Shown here one piece after another: positions 36,055 to 46,756 of a stretch of DNA of 64,000 nt; position 1 is the stretch's first letter; the number at the start of each line of letters is the position of its first letter. Below the pieces are notes generated by a model, which saw only the letters and a program-made list of their open reading frames with translations, made no database searches and was not told the DNA's origin. This DNA comes from an uncultured Luminiphilus sp. Its GTDB lineage: Bacteria; Pseudomonadota; Gammaproteobacteria; Pseudomonadales; Halieaceae. The stretch covers positions 7,165 through 71,164 of the forward strand of contig CALKMV010000024.1 of the NCBI GenBank assembly GCA_938091485.1, given 5' to 3'. The position numbers and the translations under genes were made by a program.

Positions 36055-36954
36055 TCAGGCAAAAACCCCGGTAGAAAGGTATCGGTCACCACGATCACAA
36101 ATGATGGCCACAATAGTCGCATGCTCCACCTCAGCACTGAGCCTCAAAGCAGCCACTACTGCACCGCCAGAGGAAACGCCTGCAAAGAGCCCCTCCTCTC
36201 TGGCTAAGCGTCGCATCATCTCCTCTGACTCTGCTTGACTGATATCCATCACACGGTCAACTCGGTCAGCTTCGTAAATATCAGGCAGGTACGCAGCCGG
36301 CCAACGGCGGATCCCGGGAATCTGCGATCCATCGGTGGGCTGTAGACCAATAATTTGGATGGCAGGATTTTGCTGTTTCAGAAAGCGGGAGACGCCCATA
36401 ATCGTACCGGTAGTGCCCATGGACGAGACAAAGTGCGTCACCTCACCCTTTGTTTGCTCCCATATTTCCGATCCCGTTGTTGCGTAATGCCCGCCAGGGT
36501 TATCCGGATTAGCGAACTGATTCAGCACCAAACCCTCTCCTTGCGCTTGTAGCCTCAGCGCAAGATCACGAGCACCCTCCATACCCTGCTCTGGCGTGAC
36601 TTCGATCAGCTCTGCCCCGTAAGCGCGCATCGCACCTTTACGTTCTTCGCTTTGATTGCTCGGCATAACAAGCTTCAGCGCATATCCCTTAACCGCCGCT
36701 GCCATAGCCAGCGCAATCCCAGTATTACCGCTGGTCGCCTCAATTAGAGTGGCTCCCGGCGAAATGGCACCGCGGTTTTCGGCCTCACGAATCATGTTCA
36801 TGGCAGGCCGGTCTTTCACCGAACCGGCAGGGTTATTACCCTCTAGCTTTCCGAGGATGGTATTAGTTGTCTGGCCCGGTATGCGTTGCAATCGCACCAG
36901 CGGGGTTCCGCCCACCGTGTCCTCGATCGTGGGATAAATCCCTTCAACAGGCAT
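36055..36954 (-). CDS. cysM: Cysteine synthase B
   Basis: NPAGSVKDR PLP-Lys, TSGNTG, MGTTGT, IPGIRRW and DRGDRYLS. Confidence 0.96.
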   Translation of the reverse strand: MPVEGIYPTIEDTVGGTPLVRLQRIPGQTTNTILGKLEGNNPAGSVKDRPAMNMIREAENRGAISPGATLIEATSGNTGIALAMAAAVKGYALKLVMPSNQSEERKGAMRAYGAELIEVTPEQGMEGARDLALRLQAQGEGLVLNQFANPDNPGGHYATTGSEIWEQTKGEVTHFVSSMGTTGTIMGVSRFLKQQNPAIQIIGLQPTDGSQIPGIRRWPAAYLPDIYEADRVDRVMDISQAESEEMMRRLAREEGLFAGVSSGGAVVAALRLSAEVEHATIVAIICDRGDRYLSTGVFA

Positions 36955-37030
36955 CAGCCGAATCTCCATGGCCCAATGATGGAACACATCCTCAGCCGGC
37001 ACTGCATAAAAGGAGCCTTATTGCACCGGT

Positions 37031-37774
37031 TCATGTGTCTATCACGGCCCGCGATTTCAATTGCTTGAAGTATTCGCGCGTATGCAGCGCGCGCCCCCCT
37101 GTGAGTTGCGATACTGAGGCACGGGTAATTCGTTTCAGTGCGGCCAGTTCCTGATTAGTCAACACAGCCTCAGACTCCCACCATCTTTTGAGGTTGATCA
37201 GCTGAGAACCCGCCACAAGTAACCCACCGGGCACCTGCTTCACCTGGGCATCGGCAATACAAAAGCCTCTGTCGGTCTCAAAAAAATAAGTGTGCTCAGA
37301 CTTGATGGGGTTACCACACGCGCTGAGTCGCCAGTCTATGCGGTAGCCTAACTCAGCTAACAGTTCGAGCTCAAAACGGCGCAGTGGCTCCTCTCCACTA
37401 ATGGCCCGAAGTGACTCTATGGCGCGCCCATAGGACATAAATAGTGACGGAAGAACATCAAATCTTGGCAGTGTTCTGACCAACAGCTCATTCAAATAAA
37501 GCCCACTCATCAGAACCTCTCCGCTTAAGGAGTATCCAACCGTAGGAGCCTCCACCATCCGCAGCGTCTTCAGATCTCCACGGCCGGCTAGCGTAATCAG
37601 CAAAGGGCAAAAAGGCTGAAGCAAAGAAGCCAAACTTCCACCTCTCTTGCGGCGGTGAGCACCTCTTACAATCGCACCGCAGCGTCCCAGATCCAGAGCG
37701 AAAAATTCGACCAGGAGGCCGTTATCGCCGTAATTTTTGCGCGACAATACCCAGGCCGGCTGAGTCGTCATCAT
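37031..37774 (-). CDS. recO: DNA repair protein RecO
   Basis: [12 protein letters not shown] and [14 protein letters not shown]; follows era. Confidence 0.93.
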   Translation of the reverse strand: MMTTQPAWVLSRKNYGDNGLLVEFFALDLGRCGAIVRGAHRRKRGGSLASLLQPFCPLLITLAGRGDLKTLRMVEAPTVGYSLSGEVLMSGLYLNELLVRTLPRFDVLPSLFMSYGRAIESLRAISGEEPLRRFELELLAELGYRIDWRLSACGNPIKSEHTYFFETDRGFCIADAQVKQVPGGLLVAGSQLINLKRWWESEAVLTNQELAALKRITRASVSQLTGGRALHTREYFKQLKSRAVIDT

Positions 37775-38676
37775 CGATCACCCTGAGGATCCAAACCCAG
37801 AGTCTTGAGAGCCCTGAGATCGTCTGACCAGCCCGACTTGACCTTGACCCACAGCTTGAGCATGACTTTTGTATCGAACACCTTCTGCATGTCTTTGCGC
37901 GCCGCCGTTCCTATCGACTTCAGTCGGTCTCCCGACTCGCCCACCAGTATCTTCTTTTGACCATTGCGCTCCACAAGGATCAGCGCGTGGATGTGAAGCA
38001 CCCCTCTGTCGTCCTCCTTGAACGATTCGATTTCCACCGCTGTAGCGTATGGCAGCTCATCACCCAATTGCCGAACAATCTTCTCTCGAACAAGCTCTGC
38101 AGCTAAAAAACGCTGGCTCCGGTCAGTTATCTGATCCTCGGGGAACAGGTGAGGACCCGTGGGAGCCAGATTCATTAGATGTGCGGTTAACTCATCCAGC
38201 CCCCTCGCTCGGAGGGCGGAAATCGGAAATACACCATCAAAAGCGCACCTCTCCGAGAGCTGCCGAGCAAGGGGTAGAAGCGCGTCCTGGGCATCCATGA
38301 GGTCGATCTTATTCATCACCAGCAGCACCGGATGCTTTTGCTGACTAACCAAATTGAGCGCAAAATCGTCCTCATCTGTCCATCTGGCGCGGTCACATAA
38401 AAAAATGGTGGCGTCGACATCGCTTAGCGCGGCGGCGGCGGCCTGATTCATCGCATGATTAATGGCCTTGGATTGCCCCAAATGCATGCCGGGCGTATCC
38501 ACGTATATCAGCTGCGTCGCATCCTCGGTTCGCACACCGAGGACCTGATGTCGGGTGGTTTGAGGTTTACGCGAGGTGATGCTGATCTTCTGCCCAAGCA
38601 AATGGTTGAGTAACGTCGACTTACCCACATTCGGGCGGCCCACGATAGCAATCATCGCGCACCGCGGCTCATTCAT
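37771..38676 (-). CDS. era: GTPase Era
   Basis: [21 protein letters not shown] and KH domain. Confidence 0.98.
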   Translation of the reverse strand: MNEPRCAMIAIVGRPNVGKSTLLNHLLGQKISITSRKPQTTRHQVLGVRTEDATQLIYVDTPGMHLGQSKAINHAMNQAAAAALSDVDATIFLCDRARWTDEDDFALNLVSQQKHPVLLVMNKIDLMDAQDALLPLARQLSERCAFDGVFPISALRARGLDELTAHLMNLAPTGPHLFPEDQITDRSQRFLAAELVREKIVRQLGDELPYATAVEIESFKEDDRGVLHIHALILVERNGQKKILVGESGDRLKSIGTAARKDMQKVFDTKVMLKLWVKVKSGWSDDLRALKTLGLDPQGDR

Positions 38677-39364
38677 GCCTGTCGCCCAATAATTCCACCA
38701 ACATGGCAGCGGCAGCCGACTGCTCAGCCCGTCTTCGACTTGAACCTGCTGCCTCAGTCACACCCCGAGGCCCAGATAACTGGCAACTCACGCGAAAAAT
38801 TTGCGCGTGATCACTGCCTGTCACCTCAAGAACCCTGTAATGCGGCAGAGCCTCACCTCGCGCCTGACACCACTCCTGCAAGCGGGTTTTAGCATCAACG
38901 AGATTATCAGGCGAGGCACTCTCAACAGCAGAGGCGAACCAGTCGCTCACAACACGGGTTGCCTCCTGTAAGGTGGAATCGAGCATAACCGCCCCAGCCA
39001 GCGCTTCAAGCACATCAGCTAAGATCGAGTCGCGGTTGCGGCCACCGCTCTTCCGCTCACTCTCGCCGAGAATGAGGCAACCGGATATATCGAAATCTCT
39101 GGCAAGGCCTGCCAATGCAGGGCCACTGACCACGGAAGCCCTGAGTCGACTCAGCACACCTTCGTCGGCGTCGGGAAATCGATGGTAAAAAGAGGCCGCG
39201 ACCGCCATCCCAATAAGCGCATCGCCCAGAAACTCCAGCCTCTCATTATGCTGCTGATGAGCGCTGCGATGCGTCAACGCTCTCTCGAGCAGACTGGGAT
39301 CAGAAAACTGATAGCCCAGCCTCCTCTGCAATGCATCGCGCGCGGGCTTGCTAGGAATGCTCAA
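38669..39364 (-). CDS. rnc: Ribonuclease III
   Basis: NERLEFLGD signature plus dsRBD. Confidence 0.98.
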   Translation of the reverse strand: MSIPSKPARDALQRRLGYQFSDPSLLERALTHRSAHQQHNERLEFLGDALIGMAVAASFYHRFPDADEGVLSRLRASVVSGPALAGLARDFDISGCLILGESERKSGGRNRDSILADVLEALAGAVMLDSTLQEATRVVSDWFASAVESASPDNLVDAKTRLQEWCQARGEALPHYRVLEVTGSDHAQIFRVSCQLSGPRGVTEAAGSSRRRAEQSAAAAMLVELLGDRHE

Positions 39365-39777
39365 GTACGGCCCGTTGGCGCAGTCTCCACCACCAGATCC
39401 TCAAATTTTATTACACCGTCGAGAATCCAAAAGAGCGGAAATCGCTTTTCGTAGTTAGCGTCAACGACAATGACACCACGCTCTCGATAGACCTCGATAT
39501 CGTCAATCGTCGTGTCGGTAACTTGATTGGTGTTCAGAAGCTTTGCGACGCGCAACCTGAGGTCCGTGACGGTTTCGCTTTGGGGGTTATGCTCGTGCGC
39601 GGCTCTGGCAATTAAATCCTTCACCGTCAGATACTCGAGGTAGCTGGGCACCACTCGCAGCGCCACGATCAGGATAGCGCCCAGCAGCAGCAAGTTGATC
39701 GACACCGCCCAAATATTGAAACCCCCAATATCTCGAGCACCGACAAACCGACGAGTAACAATCTGTTCTTTTTTCAC
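39361..39777 (-). CDS. DUF4845 family protein
   Basis: Single N-terminal TM segment, P.YLEY and YEKRFPLF; usual lepB-rnc position. Confidence 0.8.
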   Translation of the reverse strand: MKKEQIVTRRFVGARDIGGFNIWAVSINLLLLGAILIVALRVVPSYLEYLTVKDLIARAAHEHNPQSETVTDLRLRVAKLLNTNQVTDTTIDDIEVYRERGVIVVDANYEKRFPLFWILDGVIKFEDLVVETAPTGRT

Positions 39778-39796
39778 GACCTACCCTCCTGGCTGG

Positions 39797-40639
39797 TCAA
39801 TCTATGGCTCCAGCTCTTCCAAAGGATGGCACGCTGAGAAAGTCCTCCCAATGCATCCAGATAGCGACGGCTTTCCCCACAATATCCCGCTCCGGGACCT
39901 GACCCCAAACGCGACTGTCACTGCTGTTATCACGGTTGTCGCCCATCATAAAGTAATGCCCCGGCTGGACCACGACTGAGAAGTTCCTTGGGCCCCGGCG
40001 GCTGTCAATCTGCATCAGGTGACCATCGGTCTCTGGTAGCGACTCTCGTCCCACTTTCACTGTGTGTCGACCGCTGGGAAATTCTGCCAGCCACTCCTGA
40101 GGCACCAGCGCCCCATTTACGGTTAGCTGCTTGTTTCGATATGCCACTCGATCACCCGGCGTGCCGATAACACGCTTAATGTAATAGGTGTCATTCTGAT
40201 GGGGAGGAAAAAACACCATCACGTCGCCGCGCTCAGGGGCGCCAACATCCAACACCTTTGTTCGAGTCACCGGCAATCGAAGCCCATACGAGAACTTGTT
40301 AACCAGTATGTAGTCACCGACCTCTAGCGTCGGCACCATAGAGGAGGAGGGTATTTGAAAAGGCTCGTAGAGAAAGGAGCGCAACACGAGGACCACGGCC
40401 AGGACAGGGAAAAACGAGCGGGCATACTCCACCACAACCGGTTCACTCGCCTCTTTATGACAGGCCTCGGCAAAAGACTGGGCGGCCTTCGAGCCGACCT
40501 GATCGTAACCAGGAAACTGGTCCGCTAGCTCGCGTCTGCGCGCTGCCCTGCCGCGCGCAAGCAACAATAGGTCGAGGAGCCAAACGGCCCCGCTGCCCAA
40601 CACGATGATTACCAGAATGAGCGGAAAATCAATATTCAT
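39797..40639 (-). CDS. lepB: Signal peptidase I
   Basis: IPSSSM Ser, YIKR Lys and GDNRDNSSDSR. Confidence 0.97.
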   Translation of the reverse strand: MNIDFPLILVIIVLGSGAVWLLDLLLLARGRAARRRELADQFPGYDQVGSKAAQSFAEACHKEASEPVVVEYARSFFPVLAVVLVLRSFLYEPFQIPSSSMVPTLEVGDYILVNKFSYGLRLPVTRTKVLDVGAPERGDVMVFFPPHQNDTYYIKRVIGTPGDRVAYRNKQLTVNGALVPQEWLAEFPSGRHTVKVGRESLPETDGHLMQIDSRRGPRNFSVVVQPGHYFMMGDNRDNSSDSRVWGQVPERDIVGKAVAIWMHWEDFLSVPSFGRAGAID

Positions 40640-40730
40640 AAACTGTATTTAGCTTGGCACAACCCTATCAAGCTGCTCGTGAGCACCCTTACGACGAGGC
40701 AGATGATACACCGGGCTGGCAATCCTGCCG

Positions 40731-42530
40731 TTAACCGTCTACCTGCAATACCGCCAAAAATGCTGACTGCGGTATCTCAACGTTACCCACCTGTTTCATG
40801 CGCTTCTTGCCAGCCTTTTGCTTTTCAAGCAGCTTTTTCTTCCGGGTGACGTCTCCACCATAGCACTTTGCTGTGACGTTTTTGCGCAACGCCTTAACGG
40901 TCTGTCTTGCAACAATCTTTCCGCCAACGGCGGCCTGAATAGCCACATCAAACATCTGCCGGGGAATCAGCTCCTTCATTTTCTCGGTCAGAACGCGACC
41001 TCGAGATTGAACGTGATCCCGATGAACGATAATAGCCAGCGCATCGACTCGATCGCCATTAATCAATACGTCTAGGCGCGACAGCGGCGCGGCTTCGAAT
41101 CGCTCAAATCCATAATCGAGGGAAGCATAACCACGGCTGACGGACTTCAGCCGATCAAAGAAGTCGAGAACCACCTCCGCCATGGGAATATCGTAGATAA
41201 CCTGCACTTGTTGACCCAGAAACTGAAGGTCAACCTGTGCTCCTCGCTTCTCAACACAAAGTGTGATGGCTGCTCCCAGATACTCTTGGGGGGTCAAAAT
41301 CGTACAGCGGGCAATCGGCTCGCGCATGATCTCGATGTCGCCCACATCAGGCAACTTGGAAGGGTTGTCGACGTAAACGGTTTCCTGACTTTTTCTGACG
41401 ATCTCGTAAATCACCGTGGGTGCCGTTGTAATGAGATCGAGGTTGTATTCTCTCTCAAGCCGCTCCTGAATAATTTCCATGTGAAGCATGCCGAGAAAGC
41501 CACAGCGGAATCCAAAGCCCAGCGCATCGGATGTCTCAGGCTCATAAAACAAGGACGCGTCATTGAGTGTTAGCTTGCCCAACGCATCTCTGAAATCCTC
41601 ATAGTCATCGGCGTTTACCGTAAAGATGCCGGCGTATACCTGTGGCTTGACGCTTTGGAATCCGGGCAAAGCCGCCGTGTCCTGATGTGAAGCCGAAATC
41701 AATGTGTCTCCAACCGGGGCGCCTTTTATGTCCTTGATTCCCGCTACAACAAAGCCCACCTCACCCGCCATCAGGCCGCCTGTCTCTGTCCTCCGTGGTG
41801 TGAAGACTCCGATCATGTCAGCCTGATGCTGCTTTCCCGTAGAACGCACAACAAATTTATCGCGCTTACTCAGCTGGCCCTGCTTTACTCTCACCAGAGA
41901 GACCACGCCCAAATAATTATCGAACCATGAGTCAATAATGAGTGCCTGAAGCGGCGCTTCGCGGTTGCCTTCTGGTGCCGGCACATTTTCGACGAGGTAC
42001 TCGAGCACGTCCTCAATACCGAGACCGGTCTTTGCGCTGGCCGCAACCGCCCTCGTTGCATCTATGCCAATAATCTCTTCAATCTCCTGCTGCACGCGCT
42101 CAGGATCCGCCTGTGGCAGATCCATTTTGTTAAGTACTGGCAGCACCTCGAGCCCCTGCTCTATCGCCGTGTAGCAATTCGCCACCGACTGCGCTTCCAC
42201 ACCCTGACCAGCGTCCACTACGAGTAGCGCCCCTTCACAAGCAGCCAGAGAGCGCGAGACCTCATAGGAAAAATCCACATGCCCGGGTGTGTCGATGAAA
42301 TTTAATTGATATTGCTGGCCGTCCCGAGCCTCGTAATCCAAGGTCACGCTCTGGGCTTTAATCGTGATGCCTCGCTCCCGCTCCAAATCCATGGAGTCAA
42401 GAACCTGCTCGGCCATTTCTCTTTCAGTTAACCCACCACAGTGCTGTATGAATCGATCGGCAAGAGTCGACTTGCCATGATCAATGTGAGCAATGATAGA
42501 AAAATTCCGTATATGACTGAGTTCAGCCAA
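40731..42530 (-). CDS. lepA: Elongation factor 4
   Basis: [22 protein letters not shown] and KCYGGD; TTG start. Confidence 0.98.
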   Translation of the reverse strand: MAELSHIRNFSIIAHIDHGKSTLADRFIQHCGGLTEREMAEQVLDSMDLERERGITIKAQSVTLDYEARDGQQYQLNFIDTPGHVDFSYEVSRSLAACEGALLVVDAGQGVEAQSVANCYTAIEQGLEVLPVLNKMDLPQADPERVQQEIEEIIGIDATRAVAASAKTGLGIEDVLEYLVENVPAPEGNREAPLQALIIDSWFDNYLGVVSLVRVKQGQLSKRDKFVVRSTGKQHQADMIGVFTPRRTETGGLMAGEVGFVVAGIKDIKGAPVGDTLISASHQDTAALPGFQSVKPQVYAGIFTVNADDYEDFRDALGKLTLNDASLFYEPETSDALGFGFRCGFLGMLHMEIIQERLEREYNLDLITTAPTVIYEIVRKSQETVYVDNPSKLPDVGDIEIMREPIARCTILTPQEYLGAAITLCVEKRGAQVDLQFLGQQVQVIYDIPMAEVVLDFFDRLKSVSRGYASLDYGFERFEAAPLSRLDVLINGDRVDALAIIVHRDHVQSRGRVLTEKMKELIPRQMFDVAIQAAVGGKIVARQTVKALRKNVTAKCYGGDVTRKKKLLEKQKAGKKRMKQVGNVEIPQSAFLAVLQVDG

Positions 42531-42616
42531 GTCCGATTGCCTCGAAGTTAGCCCGCGTGGAATGCGAGAAATGGGATACCAGAGCCGTCTATTTTAGCAT
42601 GCTGGAGCAGACGTCA

Positions 42617-44008
42617 TCAGTCTGTTTCGGGCACTCGAATACCAATAAATAACGGACTCCTGCCCCGAATCAAGCGCACCGGAACAGACTTTCCTGGTTC
42701 CAGCTCGGTGGCCGCGTCATCGAGATCTGTGGTCCGGCTGATAGGGCGGCTGCCCAACCGGGTCAAAATATCACCAACCAAAACACCCGCTTCATCGCCA
42801 GACGAATCAGGCGCCACCTCCAATACAGCAACCCCACCAGAAATACCTAAGCCTGAGAGCACTTCGGGGTCAGCATCGCCAAATCGCATGCCCAACAAGG
42901 ACACACTGCCATCTGACGAGACGCCCGCATCCACTCGTGCCATTTCATCGGCACCCAAACCTCCAACCTCTACCTCGATCGCCTCTTCCCGCCCCTCTCT
43001 AACAATCATCGCTTCCACCACAGTACCCGGTGCAATCAAGCCGACAATGTGTGGCAGATCTGCTGAGGTCTCTACTGATTCGCCGTCAAAGCTGATGATG
43101 ATGTCACCTGGCTGCAACCCTGCCTGTTCGGCCGGTGAACCGCCGCCAACCTGCGCAATCAGCGCACCCCGAGGGCGGTTCAGCCCGAATGACTCAGCCA
43201 GATTGCGATCCACATCCTGAATACTCACTCCCAGCCAACCCCTCTCTACAACGCCACTCTCTTTAATCTGGGTAAAAACGTTCCGGACAACCGACACTGG
43301 TATCGCAAACGACAGCCCGATAGAGCCGCCCGAGCGCGTAAATATTTGTGAGTTAACACCGATAACGTCGCCATCGAGATTAAATAAAGGGCCCCCAGAG
43401 TTGCCGGGGTTGATGGCCACATCGGTCTGGATAAACGGAACGTAATTGTCTCCGGTTTCGGTTGGCAAGCTCCGACCCAGCGCACTAACAATCCCTGCTG
43501 TGACCGAAAAGTCGAGGCTAAAAGGTGACCCTATGGCTAGCACCCACTGCCCTACTTTGACATCGTCATCTACTGCCAGCTCCAGTGTCGGCAAGCGGAT
43601 CGCCTCGATCTTAAGCACCGCAAGGTCTGATCGAGGATCCGTGCCAACCACTTCTGCATCAAATTCCTGCCGATCTGGAAGCCTGACAACGACCTGCCGA
43701 GCATTCTCCACCACGTGGTTGTTGGTCACGATATAACCATCGCTGGACAAGATGAAGCCTGAACCCATGCCGGCGCGCTCTCTGGGCACCGGCGGCCCAC
43801 CTTTGAAATCAAAAAACCGTCGCAATGCCTCGGGAATTTCTTCAAGCTGCTCGCGATAGCGAGAATTATCGGTTTCGTATTCGACCAACACCTTGACCAC
43901 AGCGGGCGATGCAGATTCAACAATCTCAGTGAAGTTCGGAAGCTCAGCTACCGCTCTGGGGGACAGACAGGACAGTGCAAACACACACAGAAAAATGCGG
44001 AAAATCAT
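42617..44008 (-). CDS. mucD: DegP/MucD HtrA serine protease
   Basis: TNNH, SDLA, GNSGG and two PDZ domains; downstream of rseABC. Confidence 0.93.
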   Translation of the reverse strand: MIFRIFLCVFALSCLSPRAVAELPNFTEIVESASPAVVKVLVEYETDNSRYREQLEEIPEALRRFFDFKGGPPVPRERAGMGSGFILSSDGYIVTNNHVVENARQVVVRLPDRQEFDAEVVGTDPRSDLAVLKIEAIRLPTLELAVDDDVKVGQWVLAIGSPFSLDFSVTAGIVSALGRSLPTETGDNYVPFIQTDVAINPGNSGGPLFNLDGDVIGVNSQIFTRSGGSIGLSFAIPVSVVRNVFTQIKESGVVERGWLGVSIQDVDRNLAESFGLNRPRGALIAQVGGGSPAEQAGLQPGDIIISFDGESVETSADLPHIVGLIAPGTVVEAMIVREGREEAIEVEVGGLGADEMARVDAGVSSDGSVSLLGMRFGDADPEVLSGLGISGGVAVLEVAPDSSGDEAGVLVGDILTRLGSRPISRTTDLDDAATELEPGKSVPVRLIRGRSPLFIGIRVPETD

Positions 44009-44042
44009 CGCCGGGCTCCGATTACAGTATGGGACTTTAAGG

Positions 44043-44525
44043 TCAGCTCTTTACGAGCAAATCGTCTAACTGGTTGGCACTTCGAGCAGCCAATCTAGGT
44101 TCAGCCAGACCGGGTAATACTCCGCCCGCCCTGAGACTCATGAAACGAAGGATAGCAAACGCAGCAAGCAAACCGCCGACAAATGCGACCGCAGACCAGA
44201 GATCCCCCCACCTCGCTGCCAAAATAGACAGGCACGCGCCGGCAGCAAGGGGCGCTCCGTAAATCAGCAAGGTGCCGCCGAGCAATGTGGATTCAGGCAC
44301 TTGGATCAACACCTCATCCCCCAACTGGCAGCTGCCAGCATCGAGCGTGTCCCCTGATGTCGCCCTCACCCTACCCTTGCCACTTTGCAATAGAGATGAC
44401 AGAGCACCCTGCCCGCACCCAGCGCGGGCCGCACATTTGCCGCACGCGGCGCTGCGGTCTGCTTCAACCCATACCGCGTCAGATTCCAGCGCAACAACTC
44501 TTCCCGTCTCGGTTAACCAGCCCAT
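44043..44525 (-). CDS. rseC: RseC/MucC family protein
   Basis: CGKC..AGCG plus two TM segments; operon position. Confidence 0.9.
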   Translation of the reverse strand: MGWLTETGRVVALESDAVWVEADRSAACGKCAARAGCGQGALSSLLQSGKGRVRATSGDTLDAGSCQLGDEVLIQVPESTLLGGTLLIYGAPLAAGACLSILAARWGDLWSAVAFVGGLLAAFAILRFMSLRAGGVLPGLAEPRLAARSANQLDDLLVKS

Positions 44526-45442
44526 CAGGAACCTCCCCGTGAGGCACGCACCGCGTCGGCAAGTAAGCGTGCAGTCACAACGGGCACCTCTCCTAGCACA
44601 CTGATCAAAAGGCCTCCGGTGGATGAGGGTACGCCGCGGGTATAGGTCAGCGTGGCACCTTCTATTACCGCACCCTCACCGGCGGGCGCACCCGCGGGCA
44701 ACGGCTCAACGAATACTGAGGCAGTAGCCAATCCGTCACTCACGACAAAAATACCGCGATCCGGGTCTTCCGACATGACAAAGTATCCCGGAATGACTGA
44801 TCTACCGCGCTCGTAGCCATTCTCAACCGTTACCACCGATTCTGTAGCCACGTCGGTCAGATCATGATAATCGATAGCCGCGTACTCATAGCGCTCGAGC
44901 ATCTGACCATCGGGGCCCACTGTGACCATTGCCAGTGGCAGCCCGGACGAACGGTCCAGGTCGATAATATGGGCTAAGCGGAGCGTGTCGCGGGGTCTGA
45001 GTGTCAGCCTCTCCGTAGCGCGACCGGCCACAACCCGCCCCGCCTCAACGCTCGGAACATAGGCCGCCGCCACGTCACACACTCTTGCCCTAGACCGAAT
45101 CGGAGCAGGCCATAACTCAGCCCGCGGGTTGGCTTGAGCGTTCATTCGGCGCAACTGACCCATGCCCAGCGCCTCTGGACGCGTTACAGTCAGAAACTGC
45201 CTGCTCCCCTCACGCTCATACAGCACGGTCCCCTCAAAACTGAGACCACGGGAGGGCAGCAGCATTCGCTCCAACGCTTGCTCTCCCGCCGTAGCCAGAT
45301 TGCACTGCTGATGTGTTTGCGCGAACACACCCGGCGCACAGCATGCGGCGAGCACCGCCGAGGCAAGCACGCCTCGAAGTCCACAATGGGGCGACTCTGT
45401 GCGCCGCTTATTCCTCAGGCTGAGGTTCCGGAATGCGTACAT
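44525..45442 (-). CDS. rseB: RseB/MucB periplasmic regulator (divergent)
   Basis: VAGR, PRD and SDGLATASVFVE...VLGEVP motifs; start uncertain. Confidence 0.85.
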   Translation of the reverse strand: MYAFRNLSLRNKRRTESPHCGLRGVLASAVLAACCAPGVFAQTHQQCNLATAGEQALERMLLPSRGLSFEGTVLYEREGSRQFLTVTRPEALGMGQLRRMNAQANPRAELWPAPIRSRARVCDVAAAYVPSVEAGRVVAGRATERLTLRPRDTLRLAHIIDLDRSSGLPLAMVTVGPDGQMLERYEYAAIDYHDLTDVATESVVTVENGYERGRSVIPGYFVMSEDPDRGIFVVSDGLATASVFVEPLPAGAPAGEGAVIEGATLTYTRGVPSSTGGLLISVLGEVPVVTARLLADAVRASRGGS

Positions 45443-46013
45443 AGGAAATGTAGGGGGCAGGATGGCTTTGCGCGGCTACTGTTGCGTGGCGACCATTGAG
45501 CCGCATGTAGCGATCACGAGCCAATCGCTCGTAAACCGCGGCAATGTTCGCGCTCGAGCTGGGCGTAGGCATCACTTGACGGTTCTCGACGGGGAGTGAG
45601 CGGACCCCCAAACTGGCTTGCACAGGTTGCGCCCCGGAGACAGGAACCACCGCCCCACTCAGCTCATTGACCGCAACCAAAGGCTGGATATGGGTATCCT
45701 GCAGCATCAGTTGCTGACCGCCCATAACTACCGCCAGCGTGACCGACGCAGCGACCGCCATACTCCATACAGGGTTTCGATTCACACGTGATTTTGCCTC
45801 GAGCGCTTCTCGTACACCGCGCGAAACATCAACTGACGGATCAGCGAAGCGCTGACCTTTAATCGCAGCGCTCACCCTATGCTGCCGCTGCCAACGGCTC
45901 CGCAACGCAGGGGCACGGTCAATAGCATCAAGCGCTCTGCGCAGCTCAAGCTCCTGTGCCTCTCCGTCCATCAGCGCCGAGAGCGCCTCTGTGTCTTTAT
46001 CTGTTGACGTCAT
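45408..46013 (-). CDS. rseA: Anti-sigma factor RseA/MucA
   Basis: EALSALMDGE...W.R.H; TM segment AVAASV. Confidence 0.92.
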   Translation of the reverse strand: MTSTDKDTEALSALMDGEAQELELRRALDAIDRAPALRSRWQRQHRVSAAIKGQRFADPSVDVSRGVREALEAKSRVNRNPVWSMAVAASVTLAVVMGGQQLMLQDTHIQPLVAVNELSGAVVPVSGAQPVQASLGVRSLPVENRQVMPTPSSSANIAAVYERLARDRYMRLNGRHATVAAQSHPAPYISYVRIPEPQPEE

Positions 46014-46600
46014 CTAAAGCCTGACTCCCCACTCATTTGCTCACGCACCCGCTGGTCTACCGCTTCTCGAGCTCGAAAAATCCTAGACCTCACCGTGCCA
46101 ACCGGGCAACCCAATACGTCTGCAATGTCATCGTAGCTCAAACCCTCGAGCTCCCTGAGCATCAGGGCCGCTCGCAGCTCGTCTGGCAAATTATCCAGCG
46201 CTTGCTGCAACACCGCCGCCAACTCATCTCCCATCGCCAACGCCTCGGGAGAACTGCCCTCAGCCAGCGCCCCCGCTTCGTCGTAACCCTCCGCGTCCTC
46301 AACGGTCGCGTCAGCTCCCGGCCTACGACTCCTGGCGACCAAATGGTTTTTGGCCGCATTTGCCGCGATCCGATACAGCCACGTGTAAAACGCGCTGTCA
46401 CCACGGAATTTATCCAGTGCGCGGTAGGCCTTGATAAACGCCTCCTGAGTGACGTCCTCGACCTCCCCGGGGTCGAATACATATCGACTCACCAGTGCCG
46501 CGATTCTCCCTTGGTACTTCAGCACCAAGAGATCAAAGGCTCGCAAGTCGCCACGCTGCGCCCTCTGAACCAGCTGCTGATCTGTGTCAGAGGCCTTCAA
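46010..46600 (-). CDS. rpoE: ECF sigma factor RpoE/AlgU
   Basis: DQQLV, AFDLLVLKYQ, FYTWLYRIA and GTVRSRIFRARE. Confidence 0.97.
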   Translation of the reverse strand: MKASDTDQQLVQRAQRGDLRAFDLLVLKYQGRIAALVSRYVFDPGEVEDVTQEAFIKAYRALDKFRGDSAFYTWLYRIAANAAKNHLVARSRRPGADATVEDAEGYDEAGALAEGSSPEALAMGDELAAVLQQALDNLPDELRAALMLRELEGLSYDDIADVLGCPVGTVRSRIFRAREAVDQRVREQMSGESGFR

Positions 46601-46663
46601 AACCGCGCCCTTGCTCTACCCGACATAACGGGATGCCCGCCCCGACGGGGACCTATTGCTTCG

Positions 46664-46690
46664 TATGAACGCAACAGAGGCAAAAAGTTC
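46664..46690 (-). promoter_or_regulatory. SigmaE-dependent autoregulatory promoter
   Basis: Minus strand GAACTT-N16-TCATA upstream of rpoE. Confidence 0.75.
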
Positions 46691-46756
46691 CCGATACATT
46701 AAACTTCGCTCCTCATTACTATACCGCACCCGCGCCAGAGCGACGGCGGACGAAAT

